Source: Roseibacillus sp. | Lineage (GTDB): Bacteria > Verrucomicrobiota > Verrucomicrobiia > Verrucomicrobiales > Akkermansiaceae | Assembly (NCBI GenBank): GCA_965242925.1 | Contig: CBDEUM010000037.1 | Location: 32,001 to 96,000 of the forward strand | DNA length: 64,000 bases | Direction of reading: 5' to 3' | Shown: in pieces, positions 1 through 11,200 of the stretch | Position numbering within the stretch: position 1 is the first letter of the stretch | Layout: every line of letters starts with the position of its first letter | Program-made: the position numbers and the translations under genes | Notes under the pieces: generated by a model | Seen by the model: only the letters and a program-made list of their open reading frames with translations | Database searches by the model: none | What the model was told of the DNA's origin: nothing

Positions 1-3
1 ACC

Positions 4-3000
4 ATGAAGTGGAAGTCGGCGGCCCCCCTCTTCCGTGATTTCGCCTGGGACGGAGACACGGTGTATCACCAGAGCGCGGAACGGGAGCGCTGGCGGCAGG
101 ATGCCTTCGGGAACTGGGAGGCGCAGTTGAAGCGGGCGGGGGTCACGGTCGTGATCGCGCAGTTTGGGAAAATGGAATCGCTGGATGGCGCCGGGAAGGT
201 GGGCGAATTCGCCGGGGCCTACGGGAGCTTTCTCGACAAGGTGGGCAAGGACCGGAGGTTGGTTCTCCTCGAACCCTCGCCTTTCCAGTGGGAAGGGGCG
301 GTGGAACGGTCGGCTTTGCCTGTCTACCTCGGTGCGATTCGTGAACTGGCGGCAGAGCGGAAGATTCCCTTCGTAACAGGGAATGGGGAAGACCCGGCCG
401 GGGCCTTTATCCGGGGCCTCACCGGAGGTCAGGAACCGAAGGGGGCAGCTTACGAGTTGATGTGCGTCACGGCTGGTGAGAAGCACCGCCTCTGGTGCGA
501 GTACTGGCGACCGGCCAACTGGAAGTGCATCTTCGGTGATGACAGCCGGAGGATCTTTGCCAAGGCCTCGCACGGATTGCCTTCGATCCAGGAAGAGTGG
601 GCCACCTACCCCGCCCTGATCGCCAGGGTGGAGGAGGCCATTTTCGCGGGCAAGCCCTGGAACCCGCCCGCGGCACCTGAGCTGACCGGATCAAAGGAGG
701 CCGATGTGACAAATGAGCTGGCTTCCTTCGAGGTCCTGGAGGGGTTCGAGGTGAATCTCTTTGCCGATGAGTCGCACGGGGTGCGCAATCCGCTTTCCCT
801 GCGCTGGGATGCCCGCGGCCGGATGTACGTGGCCTGCTCGGACGTCTATCCGCAGGTCGAGCCGGGGGTGCGTGGTTACGACCGGGTGATCACGCTGCGG
901 GATACCGACAACGATGGCAGGGCGGATGAGTCCGGGGTGTTCGCAGAAGGGCTGTTGATCCCGACCGGGATGGAAGTGGGGCCGGACCGGGTCTATATCG
1001 GGCAGGGTCCGGAGTTGCTGACCCTCCGTGACACCAATGGGGACGGCGTGGCGGACGAGCGCACGGTGGTCCTGACCGGCTTCGGGAATGGCGACTCGCA
1101 CCAGACAAGCAATTCCTTCGTGTGGAGTCCGGGGGGAGAGCTCTGGTGGTGCCAGGGGGACGGGATCGAGTCCCGGGTGGAAACCCCCTTCGGGGTCTCC
1201 TCGCTTTTCCAGGCCGGAGTCTATCGCCTCCGGCCGAATGAATTGCGGCTCGATCCGCTCCTCGATGACTTCATGGGGCCCGGCAATCCGTGGGGCATCG
1301 CCTTCGACGATTTCGGACAGTCGTTCGTGATCGACGGGGCCGGTGGGGTCTCCTACCTCACTCCGGCCTCCATTCCGGCCAAGCGCCGACTCCGCCTGCC
1401 GCGAATTGGTAATCCGGGAGGCTACTGCGGGATCGAATGCCTGGGGGCGGGAAATCTTCCGGACGGAATGCAGGGCCAGTTTGTCATCGGGGACTACAAG
1501 AAGAACCAGGTGAGCCGTTTCGAGACGCGGGAAGATGGAGCGGGTTTCAAGCTGGAATGGAAGAGTCCTCTCCTGCGCTCGAAGCACCGCAACTTCCGTC
1601 CTATTGACGTCAAGATGGGGCCCGACGGTGCGATTTATGTGGTGGATTGGTACAACCCGATCACCTGCCATCAGGACGACTTCTACCGTCATCCCGAGCG
1701 GGACAAGACCCATGGACGGATCTGGCGGGTGACCCCGAAGAAGGGGGCGATCAAACCGCCCGTCCTGGCAAAGGCCAGCGTGGAGAAGTTGCTGGAGGCA
1801 CTCGAGGCGCCGGAGCGTTGGACGCGTCTCAAGGCCAAGCAGGTTCTGGTGGACCGCAAGGGGACTGAAGTGCGGGAGGCGATCCGGCAATGGAGTGCAG
1901 GCCTGCAGGGCAGGGAGAACGGACGATCTTTGCTGGAAGGAGTGAGCACCCTGGAGTGGATCGAGCAACCGGACGTGGTTGTGCTGAAGCGCCTGCTGGC
2001 GTCGCCCGATCACCGGGCGCGGGCCTATGGTGCGCGGGTGGCGGGACGCTGGAGTGATCGTCTGGAGGAAGGCCATGACCTGCTGGTGGCGGCAGCCCGC
2101 GATTCGCATCCGTTGGTGCGGATGGAAGCGGTGCTGGCGGCCGGGCAATCTTCCCAGGCCCAGGCTGTTCTGGTCTCGGCTGCGGTTGCGGAATCGAAGC
2201 GTGACCGCTGGATCGAGTACGCCTTTTCGCAGGCGGTGCATCACAGTAAGAGCCACTGGTTGCCGGCCCTGCGGGCGGGCAAGCTGGATTTTTCCGGGGC
2301 CCGGCGGGGATTGGCCGCGGTTCTCGGTTCGTCGGGCTCCAAGGGTGTCCTGGAGGAGATTCGGACCTTGGTGCGGGGGGGGGAAGTGGAAGGCGAGGCG
2401 GGTGATGCCCTTGTGTTGACCCTGGTTGCAATTGGTGAGGAGGACGATCTGCGGACGGTCCTCAATGCAGACCAGCCTGGCACGAGCCTTCTGCGGATTC
2501 TGAAGGATCGCGAGCGTCCCAAGTTTGACGTCATGCCGCCGTTGGGGCGGGCCTTGTTGCATCCCGAACTGGAAGGACGCATCGCAGCGGTGGAACTGGC
2601 TGCTCACTGGAAGGTGAAGGAGCTCTATGCGCCGGTTCTCAGGATCGCGGGCGAAGTGAAGGGAGATGCGGACCTGCGTGATGCCGCATTGCGGGCGCTG
2701 GGTCCACTGGGCAGTAAGGAGACGATCGAGATCCTCAAAAAGCATGTCGGCCCGGCGGACAGAATTCATCCGGCTGCGCTGGCGGCGATCCTGGAACTGG
2801 ACGCGGCGGACGCCGCCCGGGAAGCAGCTGCCATCTTGCGCGAGTTGAAGGAGGCGGGGAGGATCGCCGTTATTCTCACTGATTTTGCCGGGCGGGAAGG
2901 TGCCCCAGCCCTGTTGGCGAAGGAACTGGTTTCCAGGCCGCTCGATTCAGGACAGGCTGAGCGGCTCCGGCAGGCCTGGGTGGCCACGGGTTTCGTGGAC

Positions 3001-3525
3001 AGGGAACTTGGGGCAGCCCTGGACAGGATGGCGGGTCTGGATGTCGGCGCGGCTTATGACGAGGAGAGAGTGAGGAAGCTGGTGGCGGCCGCCCGACTGG
3101 GGGATCGTGAGCGGGGGGCAGAAGTGTTCCGCTCGTCCCAGGCCGGCTGTGCGGCCTGTCATCAGGTTGGCGGGGCAGGAGGCGTGATCGGACCGGACCT
3201 CAGTGCGGTGGGCAGCGGCCTGCTGCCCGAGCGCATCGTGACGGAAGTTCTCTGGCCCCGGCAACAGGTGAAGGAGGGCTACGTCCTGAGCAGAATCATC
3301 ACCAGGGACGGGGGCGTGCAGCAGGGCTACGTCCAGGCCAGTCGGGACGAGGGGATCTTGTTGCTGCGCGACTTTACCACCAATTCCCTGCACGAAATTG
3401 CGCGCACCACGGTCGCAAGCCAGGAGGAAATCGGAAGCCTCATGCCGCCCACTGCCCAGGAGTTCCCGGAAAAGAAGCTGGCGGATCTTTTTGCCTACCT
3501 GTTTTCACTGAACGGGAAGCAGTAA
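4..3525 (+). CDS. PVC-type heme-binding CxxCH protein (SGNH-like region, beta-propeller dehydrogenase-like domain, HEAT repeats, C-terminal cytochrome c); probably 5'-truncated by the window edge
   Basis: LASFEVLEGFEVNLFA, FRPIDVKMGPDGAIYVVDWYN, HEAT-like helical repeats, CAACH and GPDLS...SLMP; frame is open from base 1. Confidence 0.85.
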   Translation: MKWKSAAPLFRDFAWDGDTVYHQSAERERWRQDAFGNWEAQLKRAGVTVVIAQFGKMESLDGAGKVGEFAGAYGSFLDKVGKDRRLVLLEPSPFQWEGAVERSALPVYLGAIRELAAERKIPFVTGNGEDPAGAFIRGLTGGQEPKGAAYELMCVTAGEKHRLWCEYWRPANWKCIFGDDSRRIFAKASHGLPSIQEEWATYPALIARVEEAIFAGKPWNPPAAPELTGSKEADVTNELASFEVLEGFEVNLFADESHGVRNPLSLRWDARGRMYVACSDVYPQVEPGVRGYDRVITLRDTDNDGRADESGVFAEGLLIPTGMEVGPDRVYIGQGPELLTLRDTNGDGVADERTVVLTGFGNGDSHQTSNSFVWSPGGELWWCQGDGIESRVETPFGVSSLFQAGVYRLRPNELRLDPLLDDFMGPGNPWGIAFDDFGQSFVIDGAGGVSYLTPASIPAKRRLRLPRIGNPGGYCGIECLGAGNLPDGMQGQFVIGDYKKNQVSRFETREDGAGFKLEWKSPLLRSKHRNFRPIDVKMGPDGAIYVVDWYNPITCHQDDFYRHPERDKTHGRIWRVTPKKGAIKPPVLAKASVEKLLEALEAPERWTRLKAKQVLVDRKGTEVREAIRQWSAGLQGRENGRSLLEGVSTLEWIEQPDVVVLKRLLASPDHRARAYGARVAGRWSDRLEEGHDLLVAAARDSHPLVRMEAVLAAGQSSQAQAVLVSAAVAESKRDRWIEYAFSQAVHHSKSHWLPALRAGKLDFSGARRGLAAVLGSSGSKGVLEEIRTLVRGGEVEGEAGDALVLTLVAIGEEDDLRTVLNADQPGTSLLRILKDRERPKFDVMPPLGRALLHPELEGRIAAVELAAHWKVKELYAPVLRIAGEVKGDADLRDAALRALGPLGSKETIEILKKHVGPADRIHPAALAAILELDAADAAREAAAILRELKEAGRIAVILTDFAGREGAPALLAKELVSRPLDSGQAERLRQAWVATGFVDRELGAALDRMAGLDVGAAYDEERVRKLVAAARLGDRERGAEVFRSSQAGCAACHQVGGAGGVIGPDLSAVGSGLLPERIVTEVLWPRQQVKEGYVLSRIITRDGGVQQGYVQASRDEGILLLRDFTTNSLHEIARTTVASQEEIGSLMPPTAQEFPEKKLADLFAYLFSLNGKQ

Positions 3526-3780
3526 GCTTACAGTGCGGCGAGGAGCAGAGCGTCTTTCCGGCGGGAAAGGCTGTTGAGCATGAACATCGTTTCGGGCCGG
3601 CTGATCGGGAGGCGGAGGCAGTTTTTGAACGAAGAATCGAAGAATCAACGGGTGCCAGCCAGTTCTAGCTTGTCATGGGGTAACTCCCGGCGTAACGCCC
3701 GGGTGCTCAGGAGGAGAGATTCCGAGAATAATCGTTCCGTTTGTCCCGTCCTAGTAGATATTGAAACCAACACAAACAGT

Positions 3781-4470
3781 ATGAATCATTTTAAAAGAAC
3801 GATGATGGGCCTGGTGATGGGTGCCGTGGCATTGAGTGCGCAGGCGGCTGACAAGGTTGAACTCGAAGGTGCCAAGGTGGGGATATGGACGATGGACTTT
3901 GACGCCGCGGTCAAGCTGGCGGGTGAGAAGAATCTCCCTCTCATGCTCAACTTCACCGGTTCCGACTGGTGCGGGTGGTGCAAGTTGATGGACAAGAACA
4001 TTTTTGCCGAAGAGGAGTGGAAGGCCTATGCCAAGGATAACGTTTTGCTGGTCACCCTCGACTTCCCCAATGACAAGTCGATCGTGCCCGAGAAGTACGT
4101 GAAGCGTAATGAGAAGCTCCGCGAGCAGTTTGGGGTGGGGGGCTATCCGTCCTATGTGGTGCTCGACAATGATGGAGAAACCAAGCTCGGGCAACTGGGT
4201 GCCGGAAGAGACAAGACTCCCTCGTCCTTCATCGACGAGTTCAAGGGGGTGGTGCGGATGAGTGTCGGGGCCATCGAGGCTTACGTGAAGGCCAACCCTG
4301 GCAAGGCCGACGGCTACAAGGCCGCCATTGAAGAATTCCAGACGGCCAAGAAAAGCCTCATGGACTGGCTGAAGACCGAACCGAAGAGGACGGAAGAGAA
4401 TACCAAGAAGTTCGAAGGCTTCAACAAGCGCATCGGGGAGGCGGAGACGTCTCTCAAGGCCTTTCACTGA
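3781..4470 (+). CDS. Exported thioredoxin-family protein
   Basis: Signal peptide from ATG 3781 (MNHFKRTMMGLV...AQA); FTGSDWCGWC motif; GYPS cis-Pro loop. Confidence 0.85.
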   Translation: MNHFKRTMMGLVMGAVALSAQAADKVELEGAKVGIWTMDFDAAVKLAGEKNLPLMLNFTGSDWCGWCKLMDKNIFAEEEWKAYAKDNVLLVTLDFPNDKSIVPEKYVKRNEKLREQFGVGGYPSYVVLDNDGETKLGQLGAGRDKTPSSFIDEFKGVVRMSVGAIEAYVKANPGKADGYKAAIEEFQTAKKSLMDWLKTEPKRTEENTKKFEGFNKRIGEAETSLKAFH

Positions 4471-4516
4471 TCCCGGTCACGCATTTCGCGTTTTCTCTGA
4501 TCGAGGGGCGCTGTTC

Positions 4517-4562
4517 ACGGAGGAGACTTCGCCGGAGGTTCCGGCGACCAGGTCTCCTCCGT
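4517..4562. other. Intergenic two-part hairpin
   Basis: Outer stem ACGGAGGAGAC/GTCTCCTCCGT (11 bp) around inner stem TCGCCGGA/TCCGGCGA (8 bp); no U-tract. Confidence 0.6.
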
Positions 4563-4750
4563 TGTCGTGTTCATGGGGCGTAATCCGGGATCATGAACGC
4601 CGGGATCGAAAAACCCAGGGCCTTGTGAGAGGAGGAGTGAGTCCTCCCCGGTCGCATGGAAGGGTGATCCGTCTTGGGTAAAATGTTGGAATAAAGGGCT
4701 TTTCGAGTCCCTGTTAATACGCCTTCATCGCGTAGCAAACCGAACCACTC

Positions 4751-5819
4751 ATGAAAACGACGACCTCATTCTTTACCGCTCTCTCTGCATTAATCGCCCT
4801 TTTGGCCCTGTCCGCTGCCCATGCGGCTGACAACAACAAGGTCTGGACCGATCCCGCGAAGGCGGCCAAGGAAGATCCCGATTTCGTGATCCAGGGGGAA
4901 TACGCGGCCAAGGGGGCCGGAGCCCAGGTGATCGCGCTGGGCAATGGCCACTTCCACGCGGTGCTCTACCCGGGGGGTCTTCCCGGGAGCCGGATGGGAT
5001 GGCAAGGGCAAGAGCCTGCTGGATGGCAAACTCGATGGAGGAAAGGCTGCTTTCGTTCCAGCGGCGGGTAAGAAGCGCTACATGGCCGGAGGAGGAACCG
5101 AATTCAGTGCCACCCGCAAGTTCCCGCCGGAAGGACACGAGGAATACAGCGGTGGAATTGCGGACGGTGTTTTCAATATAAAGGCCAAGAGTGGCAAGGG
5201 AATGGCTCTCAAGAAGGTGGAGCGGAAGAGCCCGACTCTTGGCGCAAAGGCCCCCGCGGGTGCGGTGGTCCTTTTTGACGGTAGTAATGTCGATCACTGG
5301 AAGAACGGCAGGATCACGGACGGGTTGCTGGGTGCCACCGGCGCGATCAGTACGAAACTTTTCCGGGACTGCACCATTCACGTGGAGTTTCGCACGCCGT
5401 ATCGCCCGCATGCACGGTCCCAGGGACGGGGCAACAGCGGAGTCTACTACCAGGGACGCTGGGAGACCCAGGTTCTCGATTCCTTCGGCTTGGAAGGCCT
5501 CATGAACGAGTGCGGGGGGATCTACTCCATCGCCGCCTCCAAGCTCAACATGTGTCTCCCGCCCCTGAGTTGGCAGACCTATGACGTGGAGTACACCCAT
5601 GCCAAGTTTGACAAGGAGGGGAAGCGCACGGCCTGGCCGCGCATGACGGTCAAGCTGAACGGGGTTACGGTTCACGAGGACCAGGAGATGGGAAAAACCC
5701 ATACCACGGCGGCTCCGGTGGGTGGCCCGCTCAAACCGGAACTCGGGGGGCCGATCTTCCTGCAGAACCACGGGAATCCGGTATTTTACCGGAACATCTG
5801 GGTGCGACCCAAGAAGTAA
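4751..5819 (+). CDS. DUF1080 (3-keto-disaccharide hydrolase family) exported protein, split by a +1 frameshift near 4982-4987
   Basis: ORF 4751 gives the signal peptide and VLYPGGLPG; ORF 4944 continues GAGWDG...HVEFRTP, GNSGVY, QVLDS, LQNHGNPVFYRNIWV; deleting one base in cccggg joins them. Confidence 0.85.
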
Positions 5820-5847
5820 CCCCTCCGGGAGCTGTCCGGAACAGGCC

Positions 5848-6447
5848 CTATGGCTCGATCAGGATCTGACAGCCGATTGCCTTGGTAACCGGAGTGGTGA
5901 CCTTCCTGCCTCCAAGGATGGCGGCGAGGGCATCCTTGAGATCGTGGGTGGTAGGCTTGGGCCTGCGCTTGCCGTAGGTGGTGTAGGTGTCGTCAATGCG
6001 TCCACGATAGACGCAAGTGCCGTGGGGGAGGTAGACGTGTGCCTCGGGAGTGACTCTCGCCTTGTGGAGTCGAGCGTAGTCCTGCCTGTTGTCGAGGATG
6101 ACCGGGCTGATCACCTCGAACTCCCTGGCGTGTCTGGCGAGATCTTCCTTTTTGCCATCCGGGTCAGGATGGATCTGAAAGAAGCGTACTCCCTTCGCTT
6201 CAAAGGTCCGTGCCAGGCGGCGCAGGGAGGGCTGATAGAAATTGGCGATGGGGCAGGTCGTGTCGACGTAGACGAAGACCACTGCAACAGTTCCCTTGGA
6301 TTTGGCAGGTTCATGAACCACGCCGGTCACGTCCATCAGGCGGAGGTTTCCCAGCTGGAGAGGTGATTGCTTCCGGGTCGACTGGGACCAGGCCGTGGGG
6401 CTGAGGAGCAGGAGGACCGTAAGGGAAATACAGGAAAGCAGTTGCAT
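5848..6447 (-). CDS. Exported redoxin/AhpC-TSA-like protein (single-Cys CP motif)
   Basis: Signal peptide, TTCPIAN, TPEA, YRGRIDD, C-terminal AIGC. Confidence 0.8.
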   Translation of the reverse strand: MQLLSCISLTVLLLLSPTAWSQSTRKQSPLQLGNLRLMDVTGVVHEPAKSKGTVAVVFVYVDTTCPIANFYQPSLRRLARTFEAKGVRFFQIHPDPDGKKEDLARHAREFEVISPVILDNRQDYARLHKARVTPEAHVYLPHGTCVYRGRIDDTYTTYGKRRPKPTTHDLKDALAAILGGRKVTTPVTKAIGCQILIEP

Positions 6448-6458
6448 CGTAGAAGTCG

Positions 6459-8006
6459 CTAGCGTCTACGGAACCCTCCGAGGAAAGAGTTGAGGTATTG
6501 CTGCACCGCAGGCTGCTCATCCTTGTCGAGGATCCTGTTTCCATTCTTGTCAAAGCGCGAGAAGATGCGGGAGCGCATCCGGCCCGGGACCTCTTCATAC
6601 TGGATGAGTCCGTCGCCGTCTTCATCGTAGTTCTTGACGTTGAGGAAGGTCCGGCTGGCCTGCTGGATGGCCTGGGCGGCGCTGGCAATGAGCTGGCCGC
6701 GCTGGGCGTCCGTGATGGCCTTGATCTTGCTGTTGTCCTCCGGCACCACGATCAGGGTGACGCTTCCCATTTCATCATCCGATTCCTGGCCCCAGGTGAT
6801 GCGGCGGGGCGGGCTGTTCGGGTTTTCCGGATTGCTGGCTGAGTTATCATAGACCAGACGGGTCTTGAGCACGGTTCCGGCCGGCAGGTCGAGGGGTTTC
6901 TTGAACTGGTAGCGGTCCTGCCAGTCGAGGTCCCAGTCCGTGATATCCATCAGGCTGATCTCCTTGCCGCCCGGGAGGGTGGCGGTCATGGACATGGAGC
7001 GGCAGATGTAGTGGGCATGACCACCGACCGAGACCGCCTTGACCGGAACAGGAAGAGTGATGCTGTCCTCCACCACGTAGTTCTGTTCTCCCGCCGGAAT
7101 ATTGATGCCTCGGGTGGCACCGAAGAAGGGCGGAATCTGGATGGGAACGAGATTCACCTCGGGGGCCTTCTTGGCAAAGTAAAGGGCCAGTTCGGCCTCC
7201 TCCACCTCCTTCTTGCCGGAGGGGTGGAAGTGGGTCTGCATCACGACGTCCGAACCCTTGGGAAGAAACATTGCGAGATCGCCGGGGAGCTTGGCCGGGG
7301 TGGCACCAGGAACGTGGCCACCCAGGCCTCCGTTGCCTCCACCGAAGGCTGCCGCCGGGTCGGTGATGCCGCCCGCCTGGCGGAGGAACCCCATTCCGCT
7401 GATCCCGGCCTTGCCGTCGCGCCCGTCCAGTTTCCGGGCCGCTCCATTGGTATCAATGAAGAAGAGGGCATGGTGGACCGCAGACTTGGCTCTGGGGCGG
7501 AGTTCCACCGCCTTGACCCACTTGTCCTCGGTGAGCTGGAGCGGGAAGACAAAAGAACGATAGATATCCCTTCCGTCGGCGGGAACTTCGAACTTCCCCT
7601 TCATCTTGACCACGAGGTCGGGTTTCCCGAGGTACCAGCCGCTGGGATACTCTGGTGCCTTCGGCGCCTTGCGGGGATCGCCCTCGGGAGTTCCTGCCTT
7701 TACCCACGCGCTGAAGAGATCGATCTCTTTCTCGCTGAGACGCCGGTCGTTGGCGTAGTGCAGGTTCTTGTTGACCGGTTTCCAGGGAGGCATGAAGCGG
7801 TCCAGGAGGACGTCTTCGATGGTGAGGGCACGCTTTTTCACGTCCCGGTAACTGATGAGCTGGAAGGGGCCGCTCTGGCTGGGGCGATGACAACCGGTGC
7901 AATTCTCATGGATGAGCGGTGCGATGTGCTCGTTGAAGGTGACCTTGGCGGACAGGGAGGGAGGGAGGACAAGGAGAAGGAGCAGGAAAGAAGAGATTCT
8001 GGTCAT
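6459..8006 (-). CDS. Cytochrome c fused to a copper type II (PHM/DBH-like) monooxygenase, with C-terminal EF-hand pair
   Basis: Signal peptide from ATG 8006; CTGCH...MPPW; VHHAL, QTHFH, GHAH, DDEMG; DEDGDGLIQYEE and DKNGNRILDKDE loops. Confidence 0.8.
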   Translation of the reverse strand: MTRISSFLLLLLVLPPSLSAKVTFNEHIAPLIHENCTGCHRPSQSGPFQLISYRDVKKRALTIEDVLLDRFMPPWKPVNKNLHYANDRRLSEKEIDLFSAWVKAGTPEGDPRKAPKAPEYPSGWYLGKPDLVVKMKGKFEVPADGRDIYRSFVFPLQLTEDKWVKAVELRPRAKSAVHHALFFIDTNGAARKLDGRDGKAGISGMGFLRQAGGITDPAAAFGGGNGGLGGHVPGATPAKLPGDLAMFLPKGSDVVMQTHFHPSGKKEVEEAELALYFAKKAPEVNLVPIQIPPFFGATRGINIPAGEQNYVVEDSITLPVPVKAVSVGGHAHYICRSMSMTATLPGGKEISLMDITDWDLDWQDRYQFKKPLDLPAGTVLKTRLVYDNSASNPENPNSPPRRITWGQESDDEMGSVTLIVVPEDNSKIKAITDAQRGQLIASAAQAIQQASRTFLNVKNYDEDGDGLIQYEEVPGRMRSRIFSRFDKNGNRILDKDEQPAVQQYLNSFLGGFRRR

Positions 8007-8250
8007 GGATGGGTGGGGCGGGGGATACCATAGAAACACCGTCGCAGGAACAGAGTTTTGGTTAATCTATTCGGCAATTCTGGCGAAGAAGCGGCAAATC
8101 GCGGTGAATTGAGGCTGGAATTTCAGGGAGGTTCCCGGAGCTGGTTGTTCTCAGGCTGGACAATTCCGCTTTCAGGGATTGGTCATTGAATGACGGGGCA
8201 AATGAGGGAAAATGGAGGAAGTTCCTTCACCCTTAGTTTTCTCACCCTTC

Positions 8251-11200
8251 ATGAGACGAGTTGCGCTTGCAGCGATCGTGCTGTACTCACTGCCCGCTTC
8301 CGCTGCGGATGGCTTGCTGGGCTACTACCGGCAGCCTGCCCTGCACGGGGACACGGTGGTCTTCTACGCCGAGAGCGATTTGTGGAAGATCCCTGTTCAG
8401 GGGGGGGTAGCCCGGCGTTTGACCACTCATCTCGAACGGGAACGTTTCCCGTGCATCAGTCCCGACGGCAAGACCGTGGCCTTCACCGCCTCCTATGACG
8501 GAACGCATGAGATCTATCTCATGCCGCTGGAGGGCGGTCGGCCAACCCGGCTGACCCATGAGGGTGTCAGTGGTCAGCGTGGTCCGCGACCGGTTTTCTG
8601 GAAATCCAACCGTGAACTGGTCTACGCCACCTGGTACTTCGCGCGACGGGATACGCACCAGCTGGCAGTCCTCGATATTGAGAGTGGAAAGAAGCGGGTC
8701 ATTCCCCTCGAGCAGGCTAGTGACGGTGAGTATGCCGGTGATGGGAAGACACTTTTCTTTGCCCGCCTGCCCCGGCAGAAAAGCTTTGCCAAGCGCTACC
8801 GGGGTGGATTGATCGAGAACCTCTGGCGGTTTCGGACTGGCGACAAGGAGGCCGTTCCGCTGACTGCCGATTATGACGGGACAAGCCGGGATCCCATGGT
8901 GTGGGAAAAGCGTCTCTATTTTTCGACCGACCGCGACGGCACGATGAACCTGTGGTCGATGAACCTGGAGGGGAAGGATCTGAAACAGCACACCGACTTT
9001 GTGGGTTGGGACGTGCTCTCTCCTTCGCTGGACGGAGGCCGGATCATCTTCCGCAACCGGGCGGATATCTGGATCTACGACGTGAAGCGGGACTCCGCGA
9101 GCAAACTCGATATCCGTCTGGCGACCGACTTCGACCAGAGGCGCGAACGCTGGGTGGGCAACCCGTTGTCCTACCTCAACTCCTGGTTCCTCTCGCACGA
9201 CGGCAAGCGGGTGGGTCTCACCATCCGCGGGCGTGGTTACGTGGTGCCGGTCAAGCCGGGTCGCGTGGTCCGTCTGAAGCAGAAAGTGGAGAGCCGCACC
9301 CGGGACCTGCGCTTTCTTCCGGGAACCAGGGACATGATCTATCTCTCCGATCAGAGTGGGGAGATGGAGTTCTGGCGGCAACCGGCGGACGGCCTGGGGG
9401 AGCCCCTGCAGGTAACGACCGGGGGCACAACCATGCGGCATGACGGTATTCCTTCTCCGAATGGCAAGCTCCTCGCCCACACCGATCGCAACCAGGTTTT
9501 GTGGATGCGGGACCTTGCCAGTGGGGTCGAATGGAAGGTGGCGCGCTCGCGGGAGGGTAACGAATGGGATTACATCGATCTCACCTGGTCGCCGGATAGT
9601 CGCTGGATCGCCTTCGCGGACATGATGGAGAATCAGACCCAGCAGATTTTTCTCTACGATACCGGGACGAAAACGAGGCCCGTTCCGGTGACCACTGCGC
9701 GGCTGGACAGCTACAGTCCGGTCTTCGGGCCGGGTGGAAAGTGGCTCTACTTCCTCTCCGACCGCACCTTTCGCTCGGTGCAGGGATCGCCCTGGGGTGC
9801 CCGGCAACCGGAGCCGCTTCTGGACAAGACCACAGGCATCTTCGCCCTCGACCTGATCGGTGGCCAGCGCTCTCCGTTCCTGGTCAAGGACGAGGGAGAG
9901 GCACCCGGATCGGGGGAGGAAGGAGCAAAGAAGGAGGAGGTCAATCTGGACGGGATCGAGAGCCGGCTGGTGGTGGTTCCGGTGGAAGCGAGCAACTACC
10001 GTTACCTTAGCAGGGCGCGGGGCAATCTCTTCTGTCTTTATTCCTCGCTTTCACTGAGCCGGAAGTCGGGACTGGTGTCGTTTCCCATCACGGCAGATGC
10101 CACCAGGCATAAGTGGACCACCGTAATGAGTGATGTCCGGGGCTTCGAGATTTCGGGAGATGGAACGACCTGTCTGGTGCGCAAGGGTGACAGCTTTTAC
10201 GTCTTTGCGGCCACCGGGAAGGCGCCCAGCAACCCGACCCAGGCCAAGCTCAATCTTGGTGGATTATCACTCAGCGTGAGTCCGGCGGAGGAATGGCGCC
10301 AGATGTTCGTGGATGCCTGGCGCATGCATCGCGACTACTTTTACGATCCGAAGATGCATCGGGTAGACTGGGAGGCAGCGCGCCGCAGGCACGAGCTTCT
10401 TCTTCCGCGTTTGACCAGTCGTTGGGAACTCGATGATCTCATTGGCCAGATGGTCGGTGAACTATCGGCCATGCACACGGACATTTATTCGGGTGACATC
10501 CGTGATGCCACCGACGGATCGAGTCTTGGTCACCTGGGCGCGCAATTCTCGAGGGCGGAGGAAGGCTTCCGGATTGACCAACTGTACGAAACCGATCCCG
10601 ACTATCCGGCGGAGGAGGGACCACTCCTCAGGGCTGGAGTGGAAATGCAGGTGGGTGATGTGATTCTCTCGGTAGATGGGGTGCCCGCTGCTTCGGTGCG
10701 GGAGATTGGGGCTCTCCTCAAGAACAAGGCGGGTCGGAAAGTGCTCCTCGAATCGCGTCGGATCGGGGTGGGAGGAACGCGCAATTCCATCGTGGTTCCT
10801 CTTACCGTGAGCGGATTCCGCAATCTGAAGACCAGTAACTGGGAATACACCCGGCGCCTGGAAACCGAGGAGAAGGGGAAGGGTGAAATCGGCTATTTCC
10901 ACATGCGTGGAATGTCAGCCTCCAACTATGCGGAGTTCGTCAAGGGATACTATCCGGTTTTCAATCGGAAGGGACTCATCATCGACATGCGCCAGAACTA
11001 TGGCGGCAATATCGACAGCTGGATCCTGGGTCGGTTGAGCCGCAAGCCCTGGATGTATTGGAAAACCCGTACCGGACGACCGTTTGCCAACATGCAGTTT
11101 GCCTTCAACGGACATATGGCTGTGTTGGTCGACGCCTATACAATCTCCGACGGAGAGGCCTTCTCGGAAGGGTTCCGGCGTCTTGGCCTGGGCCCGCTGA

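Noticed and set aside
691..2769. Long antisense ORFs (692 aa here; also 8287-9807, 26279-27517, 43597-44919, 47732-49015)
   Set aside because: They shadow well-supported genes on the opposite strand, as expected in GC-rich DNA, and show no recognisable motifs
3574..3780. Extended N-terminus of the thioredoxin ORF, and similar upstream starts at 8212, 26243, 29232 and 34182
   Set aside because: Downstream ATGs give proper signal peptides or family-typical N-termini
4971..4990. Programmed ribosomal frameshifting in the DUF1080 or YejA-like genes
   Set aside because: Both would need a +1 shift, no stimulatory signal is evident and these families are not known to be recoded; sequencing error is simpler
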